Shown here: positions 1 through 29,197 of the stretch, piece by piece
Layout of the letters: every line of letters starts with the position of its first letter
Numbering within the stretch: the first letter of the stretch is position 1
Source: the human T2T-CHM13v2.0 reference genome, Homo sapiens
Assembly (NCBI RefSeq): GCF_009914755.1
Contig: NC_060946.1
Length of the DNA stretch: 64,000 nucleotides
Direction: 5' to 3' (one strand)
Notes under the pieces: generated by a model
Seen by the model: only the letters and a program-made list of their open reading frames with translations
What the model was told of the DNA's origin: nothing
Database searches by the model: none
Position numbers and translations under genes: made by a program

Positions 1-473
1 AGATCGTGCCACTGCACTCCAGCCTGGGTGACAGAGTGAGACTCTGTCTCAAAAAAAAAAAAAAAAAGATGGCCTGAGACTCCTTCCACGTATTTACCTT
101 TTAGAATTCTGATGGGCCATGTTTCTTTTTCTTCCTTTTTTTTTTTTTGAGACAGAGTCTTGTTCCATCTCCCAAGTTGTAGTACAGTGGCATGATCTCA
201 GCTCACTGAAACCTCTGCCTCTCCCCAGTTCAAGAGATTCTCCAGCCTCAGCCTCCTGAATAGCTGGGATTACAGGCGCACGCCACCACACCCAGCTAAT
301 TTTTGTAATTTTTTAGTAGAGAAGGGGTTTCGCCATGTTGGCCAGGCTGGTCTTGAACTCCTGACCTCAGGTGATCTGCCTTCCTCGACCTCCCAAAGTG
401 ATGAGATTACAGGCGTGAGCCGCTGCACCCAGCCCCATGTTTCTAATCCAACCAGAACCTCCTGCTATGTTGT

Positions 474-539
474 TGCTATCATCTGAATGTTTGTGTTCCC
501 CAAAATTCATATATTGAAACCTAATCACCAGTGTGATGG

Positions 540-540
<1 letters not shown>
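474..540 (+). mobile_element. MaLR LTR 5' fragment (MST/MLT1A-like), interrupted by other LTRs; resumes briefly at ~1349-1355
   Basis: TGCTATCATCTGAATGTTTGTGTTCCCCAAAATTCATATATTGAAACCTAATCACCAGTGTGATGG matches the recalled MaLR LTR start; the continuation GTGGTATT follows the inserted LTR. Confidence 0.6.
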
Positions 541-1348
<808 letters not shown>

Positions 1349-1355
1349 GTGGTAT

Positions 1356-1905
<550 letters not shown>

Positions 1906-1908
1906 TAA

Positions 1909-2311
<403 letters not shown>

Positions 2312-2389
2312 TAGCCAGGATGTTCTTGATATCCTGACCTCGTGATCCGCCTGCGTCAGCCTCCCAAAGTGCTGGGATTACAAGCATGA

Positions 2390-2732
<343 letters not shown>

Positions 2733-2778
2733 TAACTGAAAATACATAAATAATGTTTTCCTACCAAATGTTAAAGCA

Positions 2779-4604
<1,826 letters not shown>

Positions 4605-4854
4605 CTTTAAATACATAAATGATATCAAACTATTTATATTATTTCAAAATTACTTTTAAAAAAATTCAACACAGAGCATAAGCTCCATGAAGCAGAGGTT
4701 TTTCTTTTTGTTTTATTCATTATGGAAACTAAGTCCCTAGAACAATGCCTGGAACATAGTGGGTGTTCAATAAATACTGATTGAATGAATAAAGAATTAT
4801 ATTTTGGGTTTTACCCATTCTGATACGTGGACCTCAAACTCATTCTGCTGTTCA

Positions 4855-5061
<207 letters not shown>

Positions 5062-5080
5062 TCACAAGGTCAGGGGATCA

Positions 5081-5362
<282 letters not shown>

Positions 5363-6124
5363 CTACAGCCTCAGAATCTAGCATTTTCACCCATATGGTG
5401 GGTATAAAATGGTATCTCATGATGGTTTTATTTTTTATTTGCCTGGCTACTAATAAGATTGAACACTTTGTCATGTGTTTACTGGCCATTCTTAGGCCCT
5501 CAGTTCTGAAATGCCTGTTCATTGGCCAGGCACGGTGGCTCACGCCTGTAATCCCAGCACTTCGGGAGGCCAAGGCAGGCAGATTACTTGACGACCGGAG
5601 TTTGAGACCAGCCTGACCAATATGGTGAAACCCTGTCTCTACTAAAAAAAAAAAAAAAAAAAAAAAAATTAGCCGGATGTGGTGGCGGGTGCTTGTAGTC
5701 CCAGCTAGTCAGGAGGCTGAGACAGGAGAATTGCCTGAACCCGGAGGCAGAGGTTGCAGTGAGCCGAGATCGTGCCACTGCACTCCAGCCTGGGTGACAG
5801 AGAGAGAGCCTGTCTTAAAAACAGCAACAACGAAAAGATTTGCACTCAATTTTATGTCTTCTCTATTCTCTATCACGTGACCCTTCCTTATCCCCAAATC
5901 ATAAAAATATTCTATTATTCCCCCTCCTTCTCTCTCTTCTTTCCTTTCTCTCTTTCTTTGTTCACAGTAACGTATCTCAAGGCATTACATCATTCTGATT
6001 ACCCAGCTCATTCTTCAGCTCTACCCATCTTACTGTTTTCTCCTCCTACTGCATTCTTTATTTCAATGTTTATATTTTCCATTCTTAGTATTTCTACTTG
6101 ATTCTCTTTTATTATTTCATGTTC

Positions 6125-6126
6125 AT

Positions 6127-6169
<43 letters not shown>

Positions 6170-6170
6170 T
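6125..6170. repeat. (ATTT)n microsatellite (Alu tail)
   Basis: About 11 direct ATTT units. Confidence 0.9.
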
Positions 6171-6329
6171 AGACAGTGTCTTGCTCTGTTGCCCAGGCTG
6201 GAGTGCAATGGAGTGGTCTCAGCTCACTGCAACCTCCATCTCCTGGGTTCAAGCAATTCTCCTGCCTGAGTAGCTGGGACTCCTCCTGAGTAGCTGGGAC
6301 TGCAGGTGCCCGCCACCATGCCCAGCTAA

Positions 6330-6654
<325 letters not shown>

Positions 6655-6659
6655 TAAAA

Positions 6660-8450
<1,791 letters not shown>

Positions 8451-8456
8451 CTTGGT

Positions 8457-9310
<854 letters not shown>

Positions 9311-9505
9311 CCTGCTACCCTTGCTTATTATTATCCCCCCACCCGCGCCCAGGACTTTGAGATCCTTTAGGGCAGAGATCATGTTTAATGTCACCGTTGG
9401 ATCCCAAGGGTCTTCAACGACCTGGCTCACAGTGATGTTACATAGGCTTGCCGCCAACTAGATCCCGTGTGTACTCCCTTCATCCCTTCTTTGAAAAAAG
9501 AATAG

Positions 9506-9820
<315 letters not shown>

Positions 9821-10692
9821 TAGGCTGGTCTTGAACTCCTGACCTCAGGTGATCTGCCCACGTCGGCTTCCCAAAGTGTTGGGATTACAGGCATGAGCCA
9901 TCATGCCCAGCCCCACTGGTCAATTTTTAAGATTATCTTTATGCTGAGTGTGGTGGCTTACTCCTCTAATCCCAGCACTTTGGGAGGCTGAAGAGGGCGA
10001 ATTCCTTGAGCTCAGGAATTCAAGACCAGCCTAGGCAACATGGCAAGACCCCAACTCTACAAAAAATAAAAAGAAAAAAATTAGCTGGGTGTAGTGGCAC
10101 ACACCTGTAGTCCCAGCTACTTGGGAGACAGAGGTGGGAGGATCCCTAGAGCCCAGAAGGTTGGGGCTCCATTGAGCCGTGATCGCACCACTGCACTCCA
10201 GTCTGGGCGACATCGAGATCTGGTCTCAAAAAAAAGAAAAGAAAAAGATTATAATCATGCTGCGGCTCATGCACTGAAATACGGTGAATGCATCTCCTTT
10301 CTGTTCAGGCAACTCCAACTTCACATACAGAAAACAGAACTAGCACCTTGGCTGCCAAACCAGCCTCAAGAGGGCAGGAGAGAGGGAGCAAACGCCCATT
10401 GCATTTCAGCTGGGGCTAGGAATTCGAACTACCGGGCATGGTGCAGGCAGCTCTGTGTTTGCAAAAGCTTGTCCTGCAAAGACCAGCCTGACTTTCTCGT
10501 TTGGCCTCAACACTAACACAGAACACATAAATCCAGATGGTAGAGGAGGATGTTTCTACAATTTGCAATGACGTAAAGTATATTTATATACTTCGCAATG
10601 GTATAAAGTAGAGGTTCATGGGTGAGCCTGAGAACCTACCCACCATTCATAGCTTTGTGTTTCTAAGAAAATGCCTACATACCTTGTTATAC

Positions 10693-11140
10693 TGTTAAAT
10701 TAAAAAATATTCAACGATATGGGTTAAAGCATGATGAGAAAGACTGCACAAGACCATCGTTATAGACACGGGAACCACTGCAATGAAGTCTTGCAATGGG
10801 AGCGAGAGATTGGGCTTAACTCCAAACATGGCCAAGTGTGGGGGCCAATGGATGGAAAATTACTAAGAGGAAGCATCCGTGGTAAGGCGGATTCTGGCTA
10901 AACTGACCTAACGGGATTCTTGCTGAAGACAAGCCCCGGTAATCAGACATCACCAGGAGTGGAGGATGAGAAACCTGATCAGATATAGAGGTGATCCCAT
11001 GTGGGGGATGAGGGGTTCTTGCTAAACTGACTTAGGAGGGTTCTTTGCTAAAACTGGATTTTACAAGGAAGTGCATAGGGGGGCTTAATAGAAGATCCAG
11101 AAGCCTGACTAAAGTTTGGCAATGCAAAGAATCTTTGTCA
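10693..11140 (-). mobile_element. MER31-like solo ERV1 LTR
   Basis: Reverse complement starts TGACAAAGATTCTTTGCATTGCCAAACTTTAGTCAGGCTTCTG; TG..CA ends; 4-bp flanks ATAC/GTAC. Confidence 0.65.
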
Positions 11141-11619
11141 GTACATACCCACCTTGAAAACCAATCTTTGTCAGTACATACCCACCTTGAAAACCAACTA
11201 TGATGGTGCAGCTAATAACATTTACTGATCCCATTCTTTGTATCAGGCACCATTCTAAGCATCTCTTACGCATTCTCTCAGTTAATCTCGACAATAATCC
11301 TCCAAGGTAGGTACTATGCTTATTTCTGTTTTCCAGATGAGGGAATGGGCTCAAAAAAGTGAAGCCATTTGTCCAAGGTTACACAGTGAGTCAGGATAAG
11401 GGAAGCCAAGGCTTCTATCCGTCCCCCCAAAATATTTGAATCTGAAATTCAGGATGCTAAACACCATGCTTTCTGAGATTTAATGTATTAGTATGATCAA
11501 ATCTTAGGGGCAGAGGGTTAGGGACACTCCAGTTATTCAGCCATATACCCCTATGACTAAGACAAAGCCTAATGTAGGGTGGACTTCAAATGAAGGTTTA
11601 TTGAATTAATAAATGAAGG

Positions 11620-15405
<3,786 letters not shown>

Positions 15406-16087
15406 TCATAGTAGACACCTTATAAGTGTGCTGGATTAAATGTGAAAATGTATGTAAAGCCCTTAGCACAAGGCCTGGTAGAGACTAAACAATCAGCTGA
15501 GCCTAAGATGGACATTGACTATGTAATTTTTATAAGGAGCACCCTCAGGCCCAGCACACATTTCCTCCACACAGATGTTGTGTCCTGTCATCACAGAATG
15601 GCAGGATACCAGAGAAGCAAAAGCCTCCACCCATATCCTCATCCAACCTGCTCCTGGAACCAGTGAAGGTGACTGCAGACATAGAGAGGCCATAGAGCTA
15701 CAGGGCAGCAGGAGAGCCAGCCCTGGAAGGTGGCCCTTCCCCTGCAGGGAGCACTCCTCCATCTAGCCTCCGTTTCCATGAAACCTGGAGGTCTAGCCCA
15801 AGCTGTGATGGGGTGATGGGGACTAGGCTCTGTTTACTGAGCACCTACTGTATGCTAGGCCCTTGGGTAAGGCATTGAATAAGTTAGACAACACCTGGGC
15901 CTCGGGAGCTCACAGACTAGCAGCAGAAGAGGCCATGAACAAATGATTGCGTAATTAATTGCTAGATTCAGGAAAGGGGCAACGTTCTGGGGTAGGAGGG
16001 GATGGGGAAGAGGAAGTCTCAGCCGCCGCCTCTGTGCCAGGCCCCTCCAGGCTGGGGGTGGGAGGGTGCGCGGGCACAGGGACACAC

Positions 16088-16097
16088 ATGACGTCAT
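16088..16097. promoter_or_regulatory. Full palindromic CRE (ATGACGTCAT) ~600 bp upstream of the SYNGR1 ATG
   Basis: Exact TGACGTCA at 16089-16096. Confidence 0.6.
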
Positions 16098-16329
16098 CGT
16101 AAGAGGCAGGGGAAGGGTGGTCCTGGGAGGTGGGGGCTGCTCTGGAGGGCTGTAAGAGAGGGTCATTCACTCGTGGTTCATTCATTCGAGAAATATTCAT
16201 GCGGCGCCTACTGCGTACCAAGCACCCTCTAAGAAGGACGAACACAGCTCCTGCCCTCTCATTATATTTGGGGCCGACAAAGTGGCAGGAAACAGCCAAA
16301 CAAATCAAGCATGAAGATGGTTTCAGCAG

Positions 16330-17300
16330 AGCCGACGGCTCAGAGGGGCTGCGACCGGGGCAGGGGACCTGGGATGCGGGGCAGGGACACGGCCCACACT
16401 TGCTGTGCACGCACCGCCCTCCCCCAAACACTTTGCAAAGAGGTCACCGCACTGGCTGCGAGCGCGCCCTGAGCCCCGGGCCGCAGCACGCGCGCCCCCG
16501 CGCCCGAGGTCGCGCGCTGCCCAGCCCCCCGCCCGCGCCCCGCGAGCTGCGCCCGCCGCGCACGACGCCCCCTCGCGGGAGCCCTGGGCCGCCGGCCGCG
16601 CGCGCAGGGGAGGGGGCGGGGGCGCCGCGCACGCGCACGGGCCGGCGGCGCGCGCCGAGCGGGGGGCACCGCGCGGGTGCAGCCACGATGGAAGGGGGTG
16701 CGTACGGAGCGGGCAAAGCCGGGGGCGCCTTCGACCCCTACACCCTGGTCCGGCAGCCGCACACCATCCTGCGCGTCGTGTCTTGGGTAAGGACGGACTG
16801 GCCGACGGCTCTGCCAGGCCGGGGTGGTGGGGGTGTGAGCAAAGGCGGCGCGCCCGGACCGACCCCGACCCCAACGGGCCCCCGGCGGCGGCGCGGCGGC
16901 GGGCGAGGAGCTGTCCTGCCTGCGGGGCCCGCTGCCGCCGCTCCTCCTTCCCGGGCCCGGGGCGGGCGGGATCCCTGGTGCTCGCGGGAGACGCCGCTCC
17001 GGCTCCCGGAGCCCTGGTTTCCTGGGGCCCCCGGTTCGTGCGCCCCCCTTCCCGCCCCGATTGCTGTGACCTCCAGGCCGCGGCTATGCAGCGAAAGGCT
17101 CGGATTGTGCGCGGCCGCCAGGGCGGACTGGGGACCGTGGGGACGGAGCCAGGGTTTAAGGTGGCCTTTTTTGGGGGGTGGATCAGGGCGTGGACCATCT
17201 CGGTGGGGTGCATGCCGCGCCTGCGATGGACGTTGGAGGAGGAGAGGGCCGGGAACCGGGTTCGTATTGCCTAGCCCGGCCCGTGTGGAGCGATGAGTCG
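16330..17300 (+). promoter_or_regulatory. SYNGR1: CpG island / main SYNGR1 promoter with GC box (16613-16621) and NRF1-type site CGCGCACGCGCA (16626-16637)
   Basis: Very high GC and CpG density spanning exon 1a; TATA-less. Confidence 0.9.
16688..16786 (+). CDS. SYNGR1: Synaptogyrin-1 coding exon 1a (isoforms 1a/1b): MEGGAYGAGKAGGAFDPYTLVRQPHTILRVVSW
   Basis: Strong Kozak GCCACGATGG; recognisable synaptogyrin N-terminus; phase-0 donor TGG|GTAAGG. Confidence 0.98.
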
Positions 17301-19404
17301 GGAACTGAGTACCTCTCTTCCACCCGGGAACTGCCTCTCCTTCTCTGCGTGACCTTGGGCTGGGAGCCACCCAGGAAATGTTCTCGAGAAATGAGGACTT
17401 CAATTCCGAGGTGGGGAGTGTCATCTCCTCTCTCATGCCTCAGTTTCCCAATTTATAGACAAGGTGGGAGGAGCCTTCTTGAGGCCCCCTTGGGCTCTGA
17501 CATTTCATGAACCGGTAACACCCCTCCCACTCAGCATGCACCTGGATGCCCAAGGCGGGTGTCTGGGAGAAAGGTCTGCTCCCACAGTGAAGAGGCCAGG
17601 GTGGCCTCCAGCCTAGCTGGGGGGCAGGGTCCTCAGTGCAGAGGGCTGAGTGGGCTCTTGTTCAGACGGGTGGTCAGGGAGAGGATGGGTCAGAGACAGT
17701 GAGCACAGAGGGAGGGGTTCAGGTGCCTTGAGTGGCACCTCATGGAAAGAAGCCCTGCTGGGGTCTGGAGAGGGGGTTTCTGGGGCTCCCTGGGTTTGGC
17801 TGGCTGTATCCCAGAAACTCCCACTCGAGGTTCTGGCCTCTGCAGGCCTGGGGCCCGTTCCTTGTGGGCTTAGACTAGGAATGGGCTAGACTGTCAGGGA
17901 CCCCAGGGGCTACCCCAAGGCCAGCTGTGACCTCAGGGTGCCCAAGCTTCCTCCTTTCCTTGGTTTTCAGGGTCTGGTTGGTAGGATGGCTTGGGTATGT
18001 ATCCCTGGTCTGCGAAGGATGACCCCATTTAAAGCCTTTTCTTCTCAAATGCCGTCAGATGGGAGCTGTTTGAGGGCAGGAAAGCCCAGTTCCTTTAACC
18101 CTTGTGTCGGTGCCTGCACAGAGCCGGGCACCCCAGCACATCTGTGTTTGTGGCTCTGAATTCATTTATCTGTGCCAGTCTCCTGCTCCCCAGATGCCCC
18201 AACAGACCCTTGCCAAAGGTGGGAGCCCTGGGGGGCACCTGCCGGATCAGGCGGGTGGGCTGCGTTCACTGCTTTAGTCTGCCCACCCCTGGGCCTCTGG
18301 CCTGGAAGGGCGAAGCCACTGGCTTTGTGAGGGGGCTTGTCTGCTTGGGTCATTTCTGCCTCTGATGCCTTCATTTAGCAAAGCTTTATTGAATCTGCTG
18401 GGCCCCAAGGGAAGGCAGCGTGACTCAGAAGCAGCCCTTGTTCTCGGGAAGCCACAGTCCCACTGGGGAGTGAGCCAGGTGCCCCCAGGCAGAGGCCGCA
18501 AGAGCCAGGAGAGGGGTCTCCCTGCTGTGGAATCAAATTTCATGGTGAAGGTGATGTCAGATTGGGCCTGGTGGGATGAGGGTTTATACATATGCACATC
18601 CAGGGGAGAGGACGTGGAAAGCAGGAGGAAGGATCAGCCCCTCTGAGCACCCATGGGGTGCAAGACCACACACAGCTACCTAGCTGGTTCCCCAACACTA
18701 GAGGAAGCTGCGGCTCAGCGAGCGAGGCCAAGTGCCTGGCCCAAAGTCACTAAGCATGTAAGTGGCAGACGAGCATTTGAGCCTAGGTCTTCCTGTCTCC
18801 AAAGAGTAGTTCTCCCCCTGGGGCAGGGAAGAATCCAGAATCCTGGAATGTCAGGATTGGAAAGGACACAAAGGTCACCTGGACCAACCAATGCTCAAAC
18901 GACCCCACAGCCTCCCAGTCCTGCTCACACACGTGGATACAAGGCGCTCACTACCTTTGTCGAACCAAGAGGTGTCTGATACAGGCTGATTGACACCTTT
19001 AAAAGTAGCTTTTTTTCCTGATCAGAGTAATACCTGTCAATTATTGGAAAGTATAAAAATCACATGTGATGGTTGCACGGTAGGAATGTACTTAACACCA
19101 CTGAAATGGTGAAGATGGTAAATTGTATGTTACGTGTGTTTTACCACAACAGAAAAAGTTTGGTGGGGGGTGGTAATCATGTGATACCACCACTTAGGGA
19201 GGGCTGCAGTGAATAGGGTGCTGTCTCCTTCTGGTCTTTTCGAAACTGTGTGGCGTGCTGAGCCATTTAAACACATCAGGAGCTGCGGGGGATGCAGCTG
19301 GCGCCTGCTCTTGGCCCTCACACCACAGGGCAGAGCAAGTGAAGCTGAGCTCCAGGACCAGGGTGACCCGTTTATCCTGGTGTGCTGGAACTTCCTGCCT
19401 TTAG

Positions 19405-24030
<4,626 letters not shown>

Positions 24031-24043
24031 CTATGCATGGGAG

Positions 24044-25414
24044 TGAGAGGTGACAGCATGCTGTCCTCACAGCCCTCACTTGCTCTCGGCTCCTCCTCTG
24101 CCTGGGCTCCTACTTTGGCGGCATTTGAGGAGCCCTTCAGCCCACCACTGCACTGTGGGAGCCCCTTTCTGGGCTGGCCAAGGCTAGAGCCCACTCCCTC
24201 AGCTTGCAGGGAGGTGTGGAGGGAGAGGCGCGAGCGGGAACCGGGGCTGCGTGCGGCGCTTGCGGGCCAGCTGGAGTTCCGGGTGGGCGTGGGCTTGGCG
24301 GGCCCCGCCCTCGGAGCAGCCGGCCAGCCCTGCTGGCCCTGGGCAATGAGGGACTTAGCGCCCGGGCCAGCGGCTGCGGAGGGTGTACTGGGTCCCCCAG
24401 CAGTGCAAGCCCACCGGCGCTGCGCTCGATTTCTCACTGAGCCTTAGCTGCCTTCCCTCGGGGCAGGGCTCGGGACCTGCAGCCCGCCATGCCTAAGCCT
24501 CCCACCCACTCCATGGGCTCCTGTGCGGCCCGAGCCTCCCCGATGAGCACCACCCCCTGCTCCACGGCGCCTAGTCCCATCGACCACCCAAGGGCTGAGG
24601 AGTGCGAGCGCACGGCGCGGGAGTGGCAGGCAGCTCCACCTGCAGCCCCGGTGCGGGATCCACTAGGTGAAGCCAGCTGGGCTCCTGAGTCTGGTGGGGA
24701 CGTGGAGAGTCTTTATGTCTAGCTCAGGGATTGTAAATACACCAATCAGCACCCTGTGTTTAGCTCAAGGTTTGTGAGTGCACCAATCGACACTCTGTAT
24801 CTAGCTGCTCTGGTGGGGCCTTGGAGAACCTGTGTGTCCAAACTCTGTATCTAACTAATCTGATGGGGACGTGGAGAACCTTTGTATCTAGCTCAGGGAT
24901 TGTAAACGCACCAATCAGCGCCCTGTCAAAACAGGCCACTCGGCTCTACCAATCAGCAGGATGTGGGTGGGGCCAGATAAGAGAATAAAAGCAGGCTGCC
25001 CGAGCTTGCATTGGCAACCTGCTCAGTTCCAAAGCTTTGTTCGTCTGCTCTTTGCGATAAATTTTGCTACTGCTCACTCTTTGGGTCCACACTACTTTTA
25101 TGAGCTGTAACACTCACCGCGAAGGTCTGCAGCTTCATTCCTGAAGCCAGCGAGACCACGAGCCCACCGGGAGGAACGAACAACTCCAGACGCGCGGCAT
25201 TAAGAGCTGTAACACTCACCGCGAAGGTCTGTAGCTTCACTCCTGAGCCAGCAAGACCACGAACCCACCAGAAGGATGAAACTCCGGACACATCCGAACA
25301 TCAGAAGGAACGAACTCCAGACGCACCACCTTAAGAGCTGTAACACTCACCGAGAGGGTCCGCGGCTTCATTCTTGAAGTCAGTGAGACCAAGAACCCAC
25401 CAATTCCGGACACA
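24044..25414 (+). mobile_element. Solo LTR12C (ERV9) in the same orientation as SYNGR1
   Basis: Starts TGAGAGGTGACAGCATGCTG and ends CCAATTCCGGACACA; tandem U3 repeats with CCAAT boxes (24742, 24783, 24911, 24949); GATAAGAGAATAAAAG promoter box; U5 GAGCTGTAACACTCACCGCGAAGG repeats; flanks GGAG/AGAG. Confidence 0.93.
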
Positions 25415-25962
25415 AGAGCAGAGCAGACGGCATCAGCTGGAGCCTGGAAGGGCAGTCATGCCCTGTGTTTCTGGGACAAACGTCCCTTCACAGATAGAGT
25501 TTTGCTCATCTCCCCGCTGCTGGTGGAGCAGGGGCCAGGTGAAGGGGACCTGGAGAGAGGGGCGGCTGCGTAGCTGGGACAGCCCCAAGCTGTCAAACCC
25601 AAGCTGCAATCATGCAGGAGCTTTAACAAGTTGGGGCTCCTCCAGTACCTCACAGTGCAGGGGGCAAGAGTCCCTGAGCCTTCAGCCCCTCCCAGAATGT
25701 CCCTGACACCTTTTGTAAATTGCACTGTAACCTGGCCTGCCCCAGACCTTGCTTCCTGCAGCCTGTTCAGTGGGGGCTGCTTTATCCCTCAGGCCCTCCC
25801 TCTGCTGTGTGTAGAGGTCGACAGGGTCCTTCTGGTTCCTGAGGCCACTTACAGGACATTGTCCCCCAGCTTTGAATCTCACACCAGCACTGGGTCGCCC
25901 ACTCCCCTTCATGATGAGCCAGCTCGAGGCCACTTTGCCCGTTCTTCAAAGATGCCCCCCCA

Positions 25963-26284
<322 letters not shown>

Positions 26285-28108
26285 CTAGCTTGGTGTCAGC
26301 CCTCTCCAGCACTGCTCCTGCTCCAGTCCTGGTCATTGGAGTGTCTATTTCTGTGACCCTTTCCACACCTGGCCTCCTCTTCCCGCATGGTCTTGTCCGC
26401 CAGCCTCAGCCAACTGTCACCAGCTGGACCCTAGCTAGGCCTGGCCCTGCCTTCCCAGTAGCCTCTCGCACTCCCTGATCCTCCATCCAGGCGTCTCCTC
26501 CAACCCTCCTACCTTTCCATCTCCCTCTCCCTCCCCTGATCCTAGATCCTTGGGCCTGGGGCCCCTGAACCACTGATCTTCCCCTGTGCACTGGCCCTCA
26601 CCACCCCTTGGTCCCTCCTGTCTCCCTCCGCACCTCCCAGTGGCCACGTGTTGCAGCTCCAGCCCTTCTGCGCATCACACTCGCCTGGCACAGCTCTGGT
26701 TAAATTCCGTCCTAGGCATCTTCACACCTGCCCCCCTCATCCTAGACTATCTCCCCTGTTCTGGTGGCCCAGGCCAGCCTGGCTGCAGCCTCGTGAGCCT
26801 GTTCCTCTCACCTACTCAAGGACACACGTCCATCAGTTCTCTCTCCCTCTCTCTCCTCCACCCTCAGTTTCGCCCTCTCTGCTCTTGGCTCTTCTGCGTC
26901 AGCTTGCAAATGTGCGTGATTCCCCATCTCAGGAAGACACTCCCTCATCCATTTCTCTGGTCCTTCAGAAGAGTTGTCACCGTCTCCAGGGTTTCTTCTG
27001 CGGTCTCCCACACGCACTCCCCACGGGCTCTCTCGCCCCTCCTCGCCATCTTCTCAGGCTCATTCCTGACCTTCACATTGCCAATCTCATGGCCAACTGT
27101 CATTGATGGATCTCTCAGCAGCGTCTGGCAGCCGTGAGGGGTTTATGCATCCTCCCTTGAATCCAAACGGCTGCAGAATGTGGACGCCCTCACCCCGCTC
27201 GCCGCAGAATGTGGACACCCTCACCCCGCTCGTCCTCTCTTTAATATACATGCTGAGCACGGGCCGGATGAGGTGCCTGGTCTGTAGGGAGGGCTGACAG
27301 TCTAGTGGAGGGAAATGTGGTGGAAACCAGTTAAAATATGGAGGTGAGCACAGACCCCTAGAGAGGGACAGGCAGGTGACACCAGCGTTGAGTCAGCGTT
27401 GAGAGGGCAGGAGCCAGCCAGGCAGAGAAGGGGGAAGGAGGAACAGCGAGGGCAAATGCTGAAACGCCTGGCAGAGCAGAGACGAGGCTGTCGCCCCTGC
27501 TGGGGTGTACGCTTGGAGGGCGAGAACTGCATCTGTCATAGCCCCAGGACTAGATTGCTTCCAGGCATCTCCTTAGGGCCCCAACTATGGATGGATGTGG
27601 CGGGAACTGCACTGATCGGTCGTCCTTCTAGCCACGGTTCTTCAGGTGTCCCATCTGGCCTTTAGGGCCCTGCTCAAATATCACCTCCCTGTGAAGCCTT
27701 CCTGGATTCTCCCAAGCTTGCGCTCCCCTCCCTGCTTCCCTTGGGCTCTGTGGGGATGACTGACAGAGTTCTCAAAACAGGGAGCTTTCCCCTTCTGTGC
27801 CTTTCTTCTCTAGAAGGTGAGGCAGGGCCTGGGACCAGATTATTTCCCTGATGACCTGGAATTTGCACAGCAGGAGAGAAACCAAACAACCTCAGGCATG
27901 CAGGGACTGGCAGGGCGGGGGCAGGCACTGGGGTGAGGAAAAGCAGACAGAACTGGATGGTTAACCCTGCCCTTTTTTTTTTTTTTTTTTTTGAGACAAA
28001 GTCTTACTCTGTCACCTAGGTTGGAGTACAGTAGCACGATCCCAACTCACTGCAACCTCCACAATCGGGGTCAACCGATTCTCCTGCCTCAGCCTCCCAA
28101 GTAGCTGA

Positions 28109-28375
<267 letters not shown>

Positions 28376-28480
28376 TAAATGAGGTCTAGCCCTGAAGGGC
28401 TCTGCAGTGTTTGGTTGGCATTTACACCCCTTTCCAGGTGGTGATGTTGCTCCCCTCTCCCACCTCTTCCCTGCCTCTGA

Positions 28481-29197
<717 letters not shown>

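Noticed and set aside
16130-17296. 388-aa ORF extending SYNGR1 exon 1a upstream and into the intron
   Set aside because: GC-rich CpG-island ORF; begins in L2-derived or promoter DNA likely upstream of the TSS; only 16688-16786 is coding
16323-17436. Long minus-strand ORFs over the CpG island
   Set aside because: Expected stop depletion in very GC-rich DNA; low-complexity Arg/Ala/Pro/Gly translations
17300-19000. Placing recalled autoimmune GWAS variants in early intron 1
   Set aside because: Cannot be located or verified from the sequence alone
25100-25370. Repeated GAGCTGTAACACTCACCGCGAAGG units resembling a CRISPR-like array
   Set aside because: Normal LTR12 U5 tandem repeats; intervening segments are homologous to each other, not unique spacers
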